Shown in pieces: positions 1 through 8,299 of a stretch of DNA of 60,193 nucleotides. Source of the DNA: a virus (taxonomy: Duplodnaviria > Caudoviricetes). The stretch lies in the IMG/VR virus record IMGVR_UViG_3300030104_006323, positions 1 through 60,193 of that record, one strand, 5' to 3'. The notes beneath the pieces were generated by a model. It saw only the letters and a list, made by a program, of their open reading frames with translations, was not told the origin of the DNA and did not search any database. The stretch's first letter is position 1; each line of letters begins with the position of its first letter. Position numbers and translations under genes: made by a program.

Positions 1-40
1 CTTAAATTTTGTAAATTATTGATTTTCAATTACTTATATA

Positions 41-152
41 TTTTATGACGACTATGACGACTTAAAAGTAAAAATATATATATATAAATATATAGTAGTA
101 AAAGAAATTATATATATATAAAAAGAGTCATACAGTTTGTCATTTGCGTCAT
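41..152. repeat. ATGAC/GTCAT repeat array around an AT-rich core (origin- or operator-like); continues from 60166-60190 across the window ends
   Basis: ATGAC at 45 and 54; inverted GTCAT at 127, 139 and 148; between them an almost pure A/T tract with TA repeats. Confidence 0.7.
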
Positions 153-166
153 TATTTGTATATTTG
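137..166 (+). promoter_or_regulatory. Bacteroidota-type sigma70 promoter for groEL
   Basis: TTG (137-139), 19-nt spacer, TATATTTG (159-166); matches the -33/-7 consensus TTG-N19-21-TAnnTTTG. Confidence 0.7.
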
Positions 167-191
167 AAATTATCTAATTAAATTTATTACA

Positions 192-1793
192 ATGAGCAAG
201 CAAGGCTACATTCCCAAACATTTACATTTCGATTCTGATGCGAGACAAAAATTAATGTCAGGAATTGAAAAGATTTCAAAAGCAGTCAAGAGTACTTTAG
301 GCCCACGCGGTCAAACTGTAATTATAGAAACCACAGATCAATTACGAGGATTGACTGTAACTAAAGATGGAGTTACGGTTGCCCGTAGTATTTTTTTAGA
401 CGACCCTGTCGAAAACTTAGCGATACAAATAATGAAGGAAGCTTCTAACCGCACAGCTAATTCTGCTGGAGATGGGACGACTACCGCTATTGTTTTAGCT
501 GAAGCGTTTGTCAAGGCAGGTAGTAAGTATTTGATCCCAACTAACAATACCACGCAGGTTGTAAGAAATATAAATAATATAATAAAAGACATTGTTAAGT
601 ATTTGGAGAAAAACTCAAAGAAGATATCAAACAATAGTTTGTTAGATGTAGCTAAGATCTCAGCAAACAATGATGCGGAGATTGGGAAATTAATATTCGA
701 TGCTTACCAGCAAGTTGGTAAAGATGGAATCGTTACGGTAGAGAGATCTCAAAACCACGAGACTTACGCGGAAGTTACACACGGAATTAAAGTAGATAGA
801 GGTTATTCTTCAAACTTATTTATAAATAATCAAAAGAAGGACGAGTGTATATTGGAGAATGTACGGGTGCTTGTATGCGACCAGGACATTAACAACATAC
901 TTCAAATTGAAAATGTATTAAAACCGATCATTCAAAAAAATGAGACCTTGCTTATCATTGCCGACTTAGGCACGAATGTGGTAAATACACTTGCAGCGAA
1001 TGTTGTTAGAAATGGATTGAAGCTATGTAATATACCAACTCCTTCCTTTGGTTATAAGAAGCATGAGCTTATGCAAGATATTGCTTTAACATTAGGAGCT
1101 AAGTATCTATCAGAAAAAACGGGTGATGATTTATCTACGGTTTCAGAAACAGACTTAGGAAAAGCTGATAAAATTATTGTAGGTAAATCCAATTCTGTTC
1201 TCATTACGAATAATGAACCAAGCGAAGAACTTAAAATGAGAATAGCTGAGCTTAGAGTTCAGAAAGAAAATACAGAGACTCCACAAGAAAGAAAGTTTAT
1301 TGATGAGAGAATAGCAAGTTTAGCTGGAGCTATTGGATGTATATATGTTGGTGGTAACTCTGATGTGGAACTAAAAGAAAAATTTGACCGAGTCGATGAC
1401 TCGGTATGTGCTGTGCGTTCCGCACTTGAAGAAGGTATAGTTGCTGGAGCAGGACTTGCTTTATATAATGCTTCTAAAACTATAATTAGTAACAACGATG
1501 ATACTGATTATAACACTGCATGTAATATAGTTCGAGAAGCTATTGTACAACCATTAGTTCAGATCTTAGAAAATGCAGGCATCAAACCAGAAAATATATT
1601 ATCAGAAATAAATGATAACACAAAAAAGAATTATGGTTATGATGTAAAGAATGAAAAGTTTGGAGATTTATTTAAACTTGGAGTTATAGATCCACTTAAG
1701 GTAACAAAGAATGCTTTGATTAATGCGAGCAGTGTAGCTACTACAATATTATCAACTAACGCTATTATTACCCATGCCCGAGTCAAAGACTAA
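192..1793 (+). CDS. groEL: phage-encoded chaperonin GroEL (Cpn60)
   Basis: TLGPRG, VTKDGVTVA, AGDGTTT, EEGIVAGAG and GVIDPLKV motifs; lacks the GGM tail. Confidence 0.97.
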   Translation: MSKQGYIPKHLHFDSDARQKLMSGIEKISKAVKSTLGPRGQTVIIETTDQLRGLTVTKDGVTVARSIFLDDPVENLAIQIMKEASNRTANSAGDGTTTAIVLAEAFVKAGSKYLIPTNNTTQVVRNINNIIKDIVKYLEKNSKKISNNSLLDVAKISANNDAEIGKLIFDAYQQVGKDGIVTVERSQNHETYAEVTHGIKVDRGYSSNLFINNQKKDECILENVRVLVCDQDINNILQIENVLKPIIQKNETLLIIADLGTNVVNTLAANVVRNGLKLCNIPTPSFGYKKHELMQDIALTLGAKYLSEKTGDDLSTVSETDLGKADKIIVGKSNSVLITNNEPSEELKMRIAELRVQKENTETPQERKFIDERIASLAGAIGCIYVGGNSDVELKEKFDRVDDSVCAVRSALEEGIVAGAGLALYNASKTIISNNDDTDYNTACNIVREAIVQPLVQILENAGIKPENILSEINDNTKKNYGYDVKNEKFGDLFKLGVIDPLKVTKNALINASSVATTILSTNAIITHARVKD

Positions 1794-1935
1794 AAAGTTT
1801 GTTGCTGAATACAAACAAAAAAAATTCTTAGATAGTCTATATAAAAAAAACACTATAGAGTTAGATAAATATTTCAAAGACAGTCGAAGAATAGAAAAAG
1901 GAAAAAGATTTAAATTAATTAATACTAAAATATAA
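1774..1935 (+). CDS. small hypothetical protein, 53 aa (MPESKTKKFV...), not in the ORF track
   Basis: read by hand; overlaps the groEL stop and fills the gap. Confidence 0.5.
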   Translation: MPESKTKKFVAEYKQKKFLDSLYKKNTIELDKYFKDSRRIEKGKRFKLINTKI

Positions 1936-1939
1936 TATC

Positions 1940-2071
1940 ATGCCAATACATAATTATTTATTTGAAATAGCAAGGGAAGAAAGAAAAAAAGAAGAAGAAG
2001 CAATTAAATATTTACAAAGCAGAGGCTATGTTGTTTCCAACAAAGTGAAAACATATGCAAGCAGTAAATAA
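1940..2071 (+). CDS. small hypothetical protein, 43 aa (MPIHNYLFEIAREERKKEEEAIKYLQSRGY...)
   Basis: read by hand; tightly packed and overlaps the groES start. Confidence 0.55.
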   Translation: MPIHNYLFEIAREERKKEEEAIKYLQSRGYVVSNKVKTYASSK

Positions 2072-2312
2072 GTATATAGTAATAAAAAAAATAACAGAAG
2101 AGTATAAAACTAAATCAGGTCTGTTACTTTCAAATGAAGACATGTCTTCGTTAAGATACCACAAAGCTATAGTTGTAAATCCAGGAACAAATGTAGATAC
2201 CGTTAAAAAAAATGATGTAATATTTTTTGACAAGGCAGCAGGACATTCTATGGTTATTGAAGACTCTACTTATACTGTGATTGAAGAAAGAGATGTGGTT
2301 GTAGTTTTATGA
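2055..2312 (+). CDS. groES: co-chaperonin GroES (Cpn10)
   Basis: mobile loop KTKSGLLL, VVNPG, VKKNDVIFF, VIEERDVVVVL; next to groEL. Confidence 0.92.
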   Translation: MQAVNKYIVIKKITEEYKTKSGLLLSNEDMSSLRYHKAIVVNPGTNVDTVKKNDVIFFDKAAGHSMVIEDSTYTVIEERDVVVVL

Positions 2313-2756
2313 TTTGCTTTCTTTATTAATTTTTTTTATATAGTTTCTAAATACTTTATCTCTATACTTAACATCATGTTTGAATACAGGATTATTGACT
2401 GGGTTTTCAGGAATGTCCTCGCCATTTAATTTGGCATAAACATTGTTGATCATTCTTTTACCCTTATATGTAAGTTCATACAACGCAGCTTCTTTACCTT
2501 TCTTAGGTCTCCACTTATGTATCCAACCTTTTTTTATTAAATCATAAAATCTGTTATTGTTCCAAGACATAAGTTCATTGTACTCTTCAAACTTTGTTTT
2601 GTTAAATAAATGTTCGCTATATAAAAATAACATTAACTCTAATTCACCTGTAGTTATTTCATATTTACGCAGAGCCCAATACTTAATTACTTTCCAGTAT
2701 TTCAAATAATCGTGTTCGGGTTGCTTTCGTGAGCTGTTGCGAATGATAATTGGCAT
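2307..2756 (-). CDS. putative winged-helix (MarR-like) DNA-binding regulator
   Basis: ITTGELELMLFLY...LIKKGWI...LYELTYKGK pattern typical of wHTH; the only gene in opposite orientation in this arm. Confidence 0.6.
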   Translation of the reverse strand: MPIIIRNSSRKQPEHDYLKYWKVIKYWALRKYEITTGELELMLFLYSEHLFNKTKFEEYNELMSWNNNRFYDLIKKGWIHKWRPKKGKEAALYELTYKGKRMINNVYAKLNGEDIPENPVNNPVFKHDVKYRDKVFRNYIKKINKESKS

Positions 2757-2779
2757 AAAATAAATTTGATTAAATTAAT

Positions 2780-2797
2780 TATCTTTGTTCAAAGATA
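2780..2797. promoter_or_regulatory. palindrome made of two face-to-face -7 promoter boxes
   Basis: TATCTTTG-TT-CAAAGATA; each half is a TAnnTTTG box, between divergent genes starting at 2756 (-) and 2810 (+). Confidence 0.65.
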
Positions 2798-2809
2798 TAA
2801 TAAAATCTA

Positions 2810-2947
2810 ATGGCTCGTAAAAATGTAAGCACCTATGTTTTCCGTTCTCGTAAAAAAAGACCAGGGATTCATAGTAAAAACAGAAATACAAATCAGAAGT
2901 CAGGAAAATATTATAGCGGAACTAAATATAGAGGACAAGGTAGATGA
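2810..2947 (+). CDS. 45-aa basic peptide ending KYRGQGR (YRGQG-type small phage protein)
   Basis: hand translation MARKNVSTYVFRSRKKRPGIHSKNRNTNQKSGKYYSGTKYRGQGR; ATGA overlap with the next gene. Confidence 0.75.
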   Translation: MARKNVSTYVFRSRKKRPGIHSKNRNTNQKSGKYYSGTKYRGQGR

Positions 2948-3315
2948 GTACAAAAAAGAAAGCTATTATAGAGGGCGGAAAAAGTCTTCTTAAAAGATTT
3001 GGTAAGAAAGCAGCAGCTGGAGTCCTTGGTGTTGGTGGTGCTTTACTTAATACACAAAAAGCGTATGGTGGTCAATTAACCAAAAAACAGTTAGCTAAAA
3101 AATATAATTTTTTACCTGATGATGGAAAAGGCGGCCCACTGCCAGTAAAAAAGACAAAGATGTCAATGAGAAAACCAAAGGCAAGTATTTGTCCAGCAGG
3201 AATTGCTTGGGCAAAAAGAACATTTGATAAGTATCCGTCTGCGTATGCAAACATGGCGGCAAGTAAATATTGTAAAGACCCTAATTACGCAAAGGGTTCT
3301 AAAAAGAAAAAGTAA
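2944..3315 (+). CDS. Lys-rich hypothetical protein with a C-terminal CPAGIAWAKRTFDKYPSAYAN module
   Basis: ORF track; YPSAYAN motif recalled from small basic phage proteins. Confidence 0.75.
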   Translation: MSTKKKAIIEGGKSLLKRFGKKAAAGVLGVGGALLNTQKAYGGQLTKKQLAKKYNFLPDDGKGGPLPVKKTKMSMRKPKASICPAGIAWAKRTFDKYPSAYANMAASKYCKDPNYAKGSKKKK

Positions 3316-3317
3316 TT

Positions 3318-3551
3318 ATGGCAAACCCAAATAAATGTAAATTTCAAGTATTAGGAAAAGACCCTAATGATTCAAAAAAACCAGCAAGGTTTTCTGATGA
3401 CCCTAAAGTAAAAAAACAACAGCAAATGGATTTAGCTGCATGTAGAAGGGGAAAGAGAGAAGATTTTAAAAATAGAATTAAAAATAAAGGAAATGAACTC
3501 CTTCAAAAAGTTAAGACTACAGGACAAAATTTAAACATAATAAAAAAATAA
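3318..3551 (+). CDS. basic hypothetical protein
   Basis: ORF track; tight operon packing. Confidence 0.7.
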   Translation: MANPNKCKFQVLGKDPNDSKKPARFSDDPKVKKQQQMDLAACRRGKREDFKNRIKNKGNELLQKVKTTGQNLNIIKK

Positions 3552-3561
3552 ATAAACAGTT

Positions 3562-4506
3562 ATGAAAAAGCCCATGTTAAACGCAATTCAAAAAGTTAGA
3601 ATGTCAACAGCTATGGCATCTAAAAAACCTAAGTTAAATCCTGGGTTTGATTCGTTACCTAAAGAGGTTCGAATGAAAATTTTAAAATCTAAAAAGCCTA
3701 AGATGGCTATGATGAAAAAACCTATGCTGCGTGGTGGAAAGTTTAAGTCTATGCCTATAAAGCCAGGTGAAACAAAAACTGAATATAGAAATAGACTTGC
3801 AGGACCTAAAGGGCCTCAAAGATATAAAAGAAAAAAGAAGGAAGAAGTAAAAGTGAAACCTAAGATGGCTATGAAAAAACCTTTAATGTCACAAGACCCT
3901 TATTATAAAAAGATTGAGAAGAAAGAAACTAAAGCTAAGAAAAAACTTACTCAAGCACAAGAAGCTTTACAAAAAGACAAGTACAACAAAGCGCGTAGAA
4001 AAATTAAAAGCGGTGCAAGAAAAGCTTATAAGTCTGGTGCGATAAGTTTAGCTGAAAGAAAAAATGTTCTTTCTGAATCTAAAAAAACTCTGAAAGAATT
4101 AAAGGATTTAAAAAAACCCCTAAAAGCATCTAAGTCAGCTACTAAATCAAAAGCTATAGAAAGAAAAGCTAAAAAAGTTATGAAGAACCCTGATAAAAAG
4201 AGTTCCCCAAGAAAAGTAAAAGCTATTCAAAAAAAGTTTAATAAAAAATACGGACCTGGAAATGTAACTGTTGCAGGTGTAAAACCTAAGAAGTCTGAAA
4301 AGAAAATAGCCAGAAAGAAAAAAGCTATTAAAAGAAAAAAAGGTGCTCTTGATAATAAAATAAGTAAAGCTATAGCAAAAGGAAAAGATAGCGTTACTAA
4401 TTCTATGTACAGAAAACAAATGGCTATTAAGAAAAAGAAAGATAAAGTTAAAAAAGCTAATTACAAAAATTTAAAAAAAATTTTTAAAAAAGTAGTACCA
4501 TCATAA
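3562..4506 (+). CDS. very Lys-rich protein with repeated KKP(K/M)(M/L) motifs; candidate DNA-condensing or cargo protein
   Basis: low-complexity K/A/R composition; CCTAAGATGGCTATGA repeated at 3697 and 3859. Confidence 0.75.
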   Translation: MKKPMLNAIQKVRMSTAMASKKPKLNPGFDSLPKEVRMKILKSKKPKMAMMKKPMLRGGKFKSMPIKPGETKTEYRNRLAGPKGPQRYKRKKKEEVKVKPKMAMKKPLMSQDPYYKKIEKKETKAKKKLTQAQEALQKDKYNKARRKIKSGARKAYKSGAISLAERKNVLSESKKTLKELKDLKKPLKASKSATKSKAIERKAKKVMKNPDKKSSPRKVKAIQKKFNKKYGPGNVTVAGVKPKKSEKKIARKKKAIKRKKGALDNKISKAIAKGKDSVTNSMYRKQMAIKKKKDKVKKANYKNLKKIFKKVVPS

Positions 4507-4507
4507 G

Positions 4508-4852
4508 ATGCCTTTTAAACTAAAAACATTAGGACAGGTTCTTGATTTTAGTGATAAGTATTCTACTGGAGATTATATCGTAAAAGAAAAGAAACTTGGA
4601 AAATATACATTGGGTGAAATAAACCCTAATGGTGTTATTGATATTGAGAAAGATATGTCTCCTGCTTTAAAAAGAAAAGCAGTCAAACATGAACTTGACC
4701 ATTTGAAACAAATGAAAAGAGGTGAGATGAGATTTGATCATAATAATTATTATTATAGACCAACACCTTATGCTCCTATTCAAGTTATACCTTCAAGTAA
4801 AATAAACCCTCACGATAGAAATCTACCGTGGGAGCAAGATGCACATCACTAA
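4508..4852 (+). CDS. putative zincin-type metallopeptidase
   Basis: HELDH (HEXXH) plus downstream PWE; N-terminus MPFKLK. Confidence 0.7.
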   Translation: MPFKLKTLGQVLDFSDKYSTGDYIVKEKKLGKYTLGEINPNGVIDIEKDMSPALKRKAVKHELDHLKQMKRGEMRFDHNNYYYRPTPYAPIQVIPSSKINPHDRNLPWEQDAHH

Positions 4853-5094
4853 TGGGAGAATTGAAAAAATGGCGTGAACAAAACTGGGTACGAATAGGTC
4901 GTGACGGAAAAATAAAAGGACCATGCGGTACATCTAAAAATAAAAAAAACCCAGACAGATGTTTGCCTTTGGCAAAAGCAAAAGCTTTATCCAAAAGACA
5001 ATTAGCTAAAACAGCTCGTAAGAAAAAAAGAGAAGGTAGTAAAGGAAAACAATTTGTTGCTAATACACCAGCAGCTAAAGTAAGAAACTCTTAG
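4852..5094 (+). CDS. conserved basic phage protein (DUF5872-like)
   Basis: LKKWREQNWV...PCG...RCLP motif; ATG at 4852 couples to the upstream stop (TAATG). Confidence 0.7.
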   Translation: MGELKKWREQNWVRIGRDGKIKGPCGTSKNKKNPDRCLPLAKAKALSKRQLAKTARKKKREGSKGKQFVANTPAAKVRNS

Positions 5095-5098
5095 TGTT

Positions 5099-5386
5099 AT
5101 GTCTAAAAAAAATATGCCATGTAATAAACCCAGAGCATCTAACCGAGCAGGTAAGAAAAAAATGGTTAAAGGTTGTGAGGGTGGAAAAGAAAAGCTTATA
5201 CACTTTGGAGCAAAAGGATATGGACATAATTATTCATCAGCTGCAAGGAAAAGTTTCAGAGCAAGACATAAGTGCGGATCAGCAAAATCTAAACTAACTG
5301 CGCGTTACTGGGCTTGTAAAAATTTATGGGCAGGTAAAGGAGGTAGCACCAAAAGTTCTCCCCAAAATAGACAAGGAAAATATTAG
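5099..5386 (+). CDS. conserved basic phage protein (IHFG...RKSFRARHKC...ARYWAC type)
   Basis: motif recalled from small phage proteins; Cys/His residues may bind a metal. Confidence 0.75.
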   Translation: MSKKNMPCNKPRASNRAGKKKMVKGCEGGKEKLIHFGAKGYGHNYSSAARKSFRARHKCGSAKSKLTARYWACKNLWAGKGGSTKSSPQNRQGKY

Positions 5387-5394
5387 TATATTTG
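5387..5394 (+). promoter_or_regulatory. -7 promoter box
   Basis: intergenic TATATTTG 27 nt before the ATG at 5422. Confidence 0.55.
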
Positions 5395-5421
5395 TATTTA
5401 TAATAATTTAAAACTATAGTT

Positions 5422-5631
5422 ATGGCACAAGGTTATAATTCAAGACTTGATGAATCTTTAGGTTCCAAGCATGGAAAAAAATCTCAGTCTTTTAAAGACC
5501 GTAGAGATGAATCAAAAGCAATGTCTAAAAAAATATACGGACATGCTTATGGCGGAGATCATTCTATGAAATATGAAAAGCATTATCCTAAAAGTGTAAA
5601 AGGACATTTAGGAAAGTTAATCAGCAAGTAG
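5422..5631 (+). CDS. small basic hypothetical protein (QGYNSRLDESLG)
   Basis: ORF track; A-rich leader. Confidence 0.75.
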   Translation: MAQGYNSRLDESLGSKHGKKSQSFKDRRDESKAMSKKIYGHAYGGDHSMKYEKHYPKSVKGHLGKLISK

Positions 5632-5632
5632 T

Positions 5633-5812
5633 ATGGCATTTCCACAAATTAAAAAACAAAATCGTGGCAAGTTCACTAAGTGGGCAAAGGCAAACGGTTT
5701 CAAAGATGCGTGTAGTGCAGCTTCTGCAGTAATGAAGAGTAAAAAAAAGTACTCTAAAGGTGTTGTTGAAATGGCTAACTACGCGAACAACTTTGGGTGT
5801 AAGAGAAAATAA
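5633..5812 (+). CDS. 59-aa basic protein (MAFPQIKKQNRGKFTKWAK...ANYANNFGCKRK), not in the ORF track
   Basis: hand translation; fills the gap exactly. Confidence 0.75.
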   Translation: MAFPQIKKQNRGKFTKWAKANGFKDACSAASAVMKSKKKYSKGVVEMANYANNFGCKRK

Positions 5813-5822
5813 AATTAAATCA

Positions 5823-6005
5823 ATGGCAAAAGCAAAAAAGAAAGCTGCGCCAGTAAAAAAAGTCGCAGCAAAAAAAGTAACTGCGAAGGCAAAAACAAAA
5901 GAAGTAAAGGCTACTGCAGGTAGTGTAACACATTATCCTTACAAGCCTCGAAAAATTACAAGGTTGCCCTCGCCAAAAGAAGAAAAAAAATGGGAAAACT
6001 ATTAG
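5823..6005 (+). CDS. 60-aa histone-H1-like K/A-rich protein
   Basis: MAKAKKKAAPVKKVAAKKVTAKAK; ATG at 5823 preferred over the track start at 5760. Confidence 0.7.
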   Translation: MAKAKKKAAPVKKVAAKKVTAKAKTKEVKATAGSVTHYPYKPRKITRLPSPKEEKKWENY

Positions 6006-6130
6006 TAAAATTAGGATATTGGATTCAAAAAGCTTGGTGTAAACTATTATGCAAGTGGAATTGGTTAATATCTAAATTAGTAGTAAATGTAAATAACTGC
6101 CCCGTGGCAGAATGTATTTGTAAAAAATAA
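5990..6130 (+). CDS. 46-aa Trp/Cys-rich amphipathic peptide (MGKLLVKLGYWIQKAWCKLLCKWNW...CPVAECICKK)
   Basis: hand translation; A-rich leader; fills the gap. Confidence 0.65.
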   Translation: MGKLLVKLGYWIQKAWCKLLCKWNWLISKLVVNVNNCPVAECICKK

Positions 6131-6134
6131 AAAA

Positions 6135-6305
6135 ATGAAATTAAATGAAAAGTCCCGAGGTTTGGGAGATACTATAGAAAAATTTACCACGGCTACTGGT
6201 ATTAAAAATGTAGTCACAAGAGTTGTAAAAGCAACTGGAGCAGAAGACTGCGGTTGTGGAAAGCGTAGGGATACTCTAAATCGAGTTTTTCCTTACCAAA
6301 AGTAA
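6135..6305 (+). CDS. 56-aa protein (SRGLGDTIEKFTTATGIK...DCGCGKRRDTLN...FPY)
   Basis: hand translation; GLGDT/CGC motif recalled from Bacteroidota phage small proteins. Confidence 0.75.
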   Translation: MKLNEKSRGLGDTIEKFTTATGIKNVVTRVVKATGAEDCGCGKRRDTLNRVFPYQK

Positions 6306-6335
6306 AGAGATTTTTAACCCTCTAAATAAAAAAAA

Positions 6336-6893
6336 ATGGCATATCCAAAAATAACCGTAAACACTGGCTTAGCACTTCAAGTTATAGCCGCAGATTCAAT
6401 ACCAATTCCTTATCCTGGCTGTCCACAAGTGACAGGAACAAATACAGCAAATACCACCGACAAGCTTGTCGATGTGGGTGCTGACTTTTCAAATGTTGTA
6501 ATTGGTGATATTGTATACAATACAGCAACTGGAACTATTGCAACAGTTACTGCAGTTGATAGTTCTACTATATTAACCCTAAGTGCTGATATTTTTCAAA
6601 ACTCCCCCAATGATACTTATATAGTGTTTCAAGGTGGGCCAATATTTGAAAAAAGAATAGAATCGTCTTCAGGGTGTTTGCTATATATTGGATCAAGCGC
6701 TACAATATCTGGAGCTGGAGATGAGTATGTAGATGTATGTGTAGACACTGTTACTGGATCAGTGCAATCTCCTAACACTGTAACATTTAAAAATTTTAAA
6801 GTAGGAAACTACTTACCTGTTCAAGTAAAAAAATTACGAGTAAATGGAAGTAGTGCTTCGATTTTAAATCAAGTTTGTATAGCGATTTGGTAA
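6336..6893 (+). CDS. putative virion structural/decoration protein
   Basis: beta-rich T/V/S composition; C-terminal GNYLPVQV; shares a domain with 26769..27734. Confidence 0.6.
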   Translation: MAYPKITVNTGLALQVIAADSIPIPYPGCPQVTGTNTANTTDKLVDVGADFSNVVIGDIVYNTATGTIATVTAVDSSTILTLSADIFQNSPNDTYIVFQGGPIFEKRIESSSGCLLYIGSSATISGAGDEYVDVCVDTVTGSVQSPNTVTFKNFKVGNYLPVQVKKLRVNGSSASILNQVCIAIW

Positions 6894-6917
6894 ATTAATA
6901 AATTAATAAAACCTAAA

Positions 6918-7589
6918 ATGAGTAAGTTACATAAAAGTAAAAGAAGAATGGTAAAGCCCAAAGAATCAGCGGCTCCTAAAGGCGAAGGTTTAGGGAAAGC
7001 AGCAGGTGCTTTAGGTATACTTAGTAATGTTATTGGTATAGCTCAGCAGTTAAAGAAAAAACCTAAAGTTCAACAACCTAAAAAACCAGTTGAACCAGTA
7101 GCGGGTAGAGTTCAAAAACCTTATTTATCTAAAAAGAAACCTAAAAAATCTAACAAGGATATTGATAAAAAGCTGGTAACAGAAGCAGAAAAAAGTTTTA
7201 ATGTAAGAAAGGCTAAAACTCAAGGTGATAGTATTTATCTAACAAGAACTATGAGAAAGATGGGACAAGTGCCAGGAAGAGAATCATCTGCAAAACTGGA
7301 CTTTTATGAAAAGTTTGGTAAAAAGGGTGGTATGAAAAGTAAAGCTGAAATAATAAAAGCCAACAAAGAAAAATTGGCTAAAAAAAGAGCTGCTACACTT
7401 GCTAAAAGAACAAAGCCTAAAATGTCAATAAAGAAACCAAAACTAATGGGAGGTGCTTCAAAACTAATGGGAGGTGGTCAACAAAAAGGATTAAATATTG
7501 GCGTGGGGTCTGGGTTAGCAAAAATTGCTGCTCTTGGAGGCTTAGCTTATTTATTTTTCGGCAACAAAAAAAAATCAAATAAGAAATAA
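6918..7589 (+). CDS. Lys-rich protein with KPK motifs and a C-terminal hydrophobic helix
   Basis: KPKMSIKKPKLMGG; C-terminal IAALGGLAYLFF; 18-bp tandem repeat at 7438 and 7459. Confidence 0.7.
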   Translation: MSKLHKSKRRMVKPKESAAPKGEGLGKAAGALGILSNVIGIAQQLKKKPKVQQPKKPVEPVAGRVQKPYLSKKKPKKSNKDIDKKLVTEAEKSFNVRKAKTQGDSIYLTRTMRKMGQVPGRESSAKLDFYEKFGKKGGMKSKAEIIKANKEKLAKKRAATLAKRTKPKMSIKKPKLMGGASKLMGGGQQKGLNIGVGSGLAKIAALGGLAYLFFGNKKKSNKK

Positions 7590-7591
7590 TT

Positions 7592-7654
7592 ATGTGGACA
7601 CAAACACACTCTTGGGGAAATAATATAAAATTTAACTATATATATGTAAAGTAA
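7592..7654 (+). CDS. possible 20-aa peptide MWTQTHSWGNNIKFNYIYVK
   Basis: fills the gap exactly; TAATG coupling to the next gene. Confidence 0.4.
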   Translation: MWTQTHSWGNNIKFNYIYVK

Positions 7655-7965
7655 TGAGTGCGGAAAAAAATCTATCACCAGAAAGTAAGTTTACTTTAAG
7701 CTTAAAGGAAATGGTAGCAATGGCTATAGGTTTTTCATCACTCGTAGGTATGTACTTTACATTACAGGCTCAAATTCAAACAGCAATGGAATTACCCAAA
7801 CCTGAGGTAAGTTCTATTGAATTTCAATATAAGGACGAATTGGTGCGTAGCACCATTGATAATATTCAATCTGATGTAACTAACATTAAGGATGATGTAA
7901 ATGAAATAAAAGAGTCTTTAGCTAAAATGGATGAAAGACTCTACGAAATAAGTAGAAAAAAATGA
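7654..7965 (+). CDS. single-TM plus coiled-coil membrane protein
   Basis: hydrophobic MVAMAIGFSSLVGMYFTL followed by heptads IDNIQSDVTNIKDDVNEIK. Confidence 0.7.
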   Translation: MSAEKNLSPESKFTLSLKEMVAMAIGFSSLVGMYFTLQAQIQTAMELPKPEVSSIEFQYKDELVRSTIDNIQSDVTNIKDDVNEIKESLAKMDERLYEISRKK

Positions 7966-8297
7966 AACCATGGATAGTATTAATGTTATTTCCTATGTTG
8001 ACTTTTGCTCAAGATTTCAAAGAGGAAATTTCAATAGTACAATTTAGTGCACCATTTACAAAAGAAGCAGAAGTTTCTCTTAAGTCCTTTAAACAACATA
8101 GCACTCATACATTTAGTATTATAGAAAAAAAAGAAGTATTTGATGAAGAAAAAATCAAATACCTTCCTACTATAATCCTTTACCATAATGGTGAGGAGGT
8201 GATTAGAGTGGAGAGTGGCATTTCATTGAAGCTGCCAGAAAATACAATCGAATTAATTGAAAAAGAAATTGAAGAAATAATAGAAAGCAAATTTTAA
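7962..8297 (+). CDS. exported thioredoxin-fold protein without CxxC
   Basis: signal peptide ending TFA-Q; IVQFSAPF and IKYLPTIILYHNGEEV (cis-Pro loop); no Cys. Confidence 0.65.
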   Translation: MKPWIVLMLFPMLTFAQDFKEEISIVQFSAPFTKEAEVSLKSFKQHSTHTFSIIEKKEVFDEEKIKYLPTIILYHNGEEVIRVESGISLKLPENTIELIEKEIEEIIESKF

Positions 8298-8299
8298 AT

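Noticed and set aside
41-152. ATGAC repeats as a CRISPR array
   Set aside because: Units are only 5-11 bp, occur in both orientations, and have no regular spacers or cas genes
5094-5297. 67-aa alternative-frame ORF
   Set aside because: Overlaps the motif-bearing ORF 5099..5386, which has an ATG start
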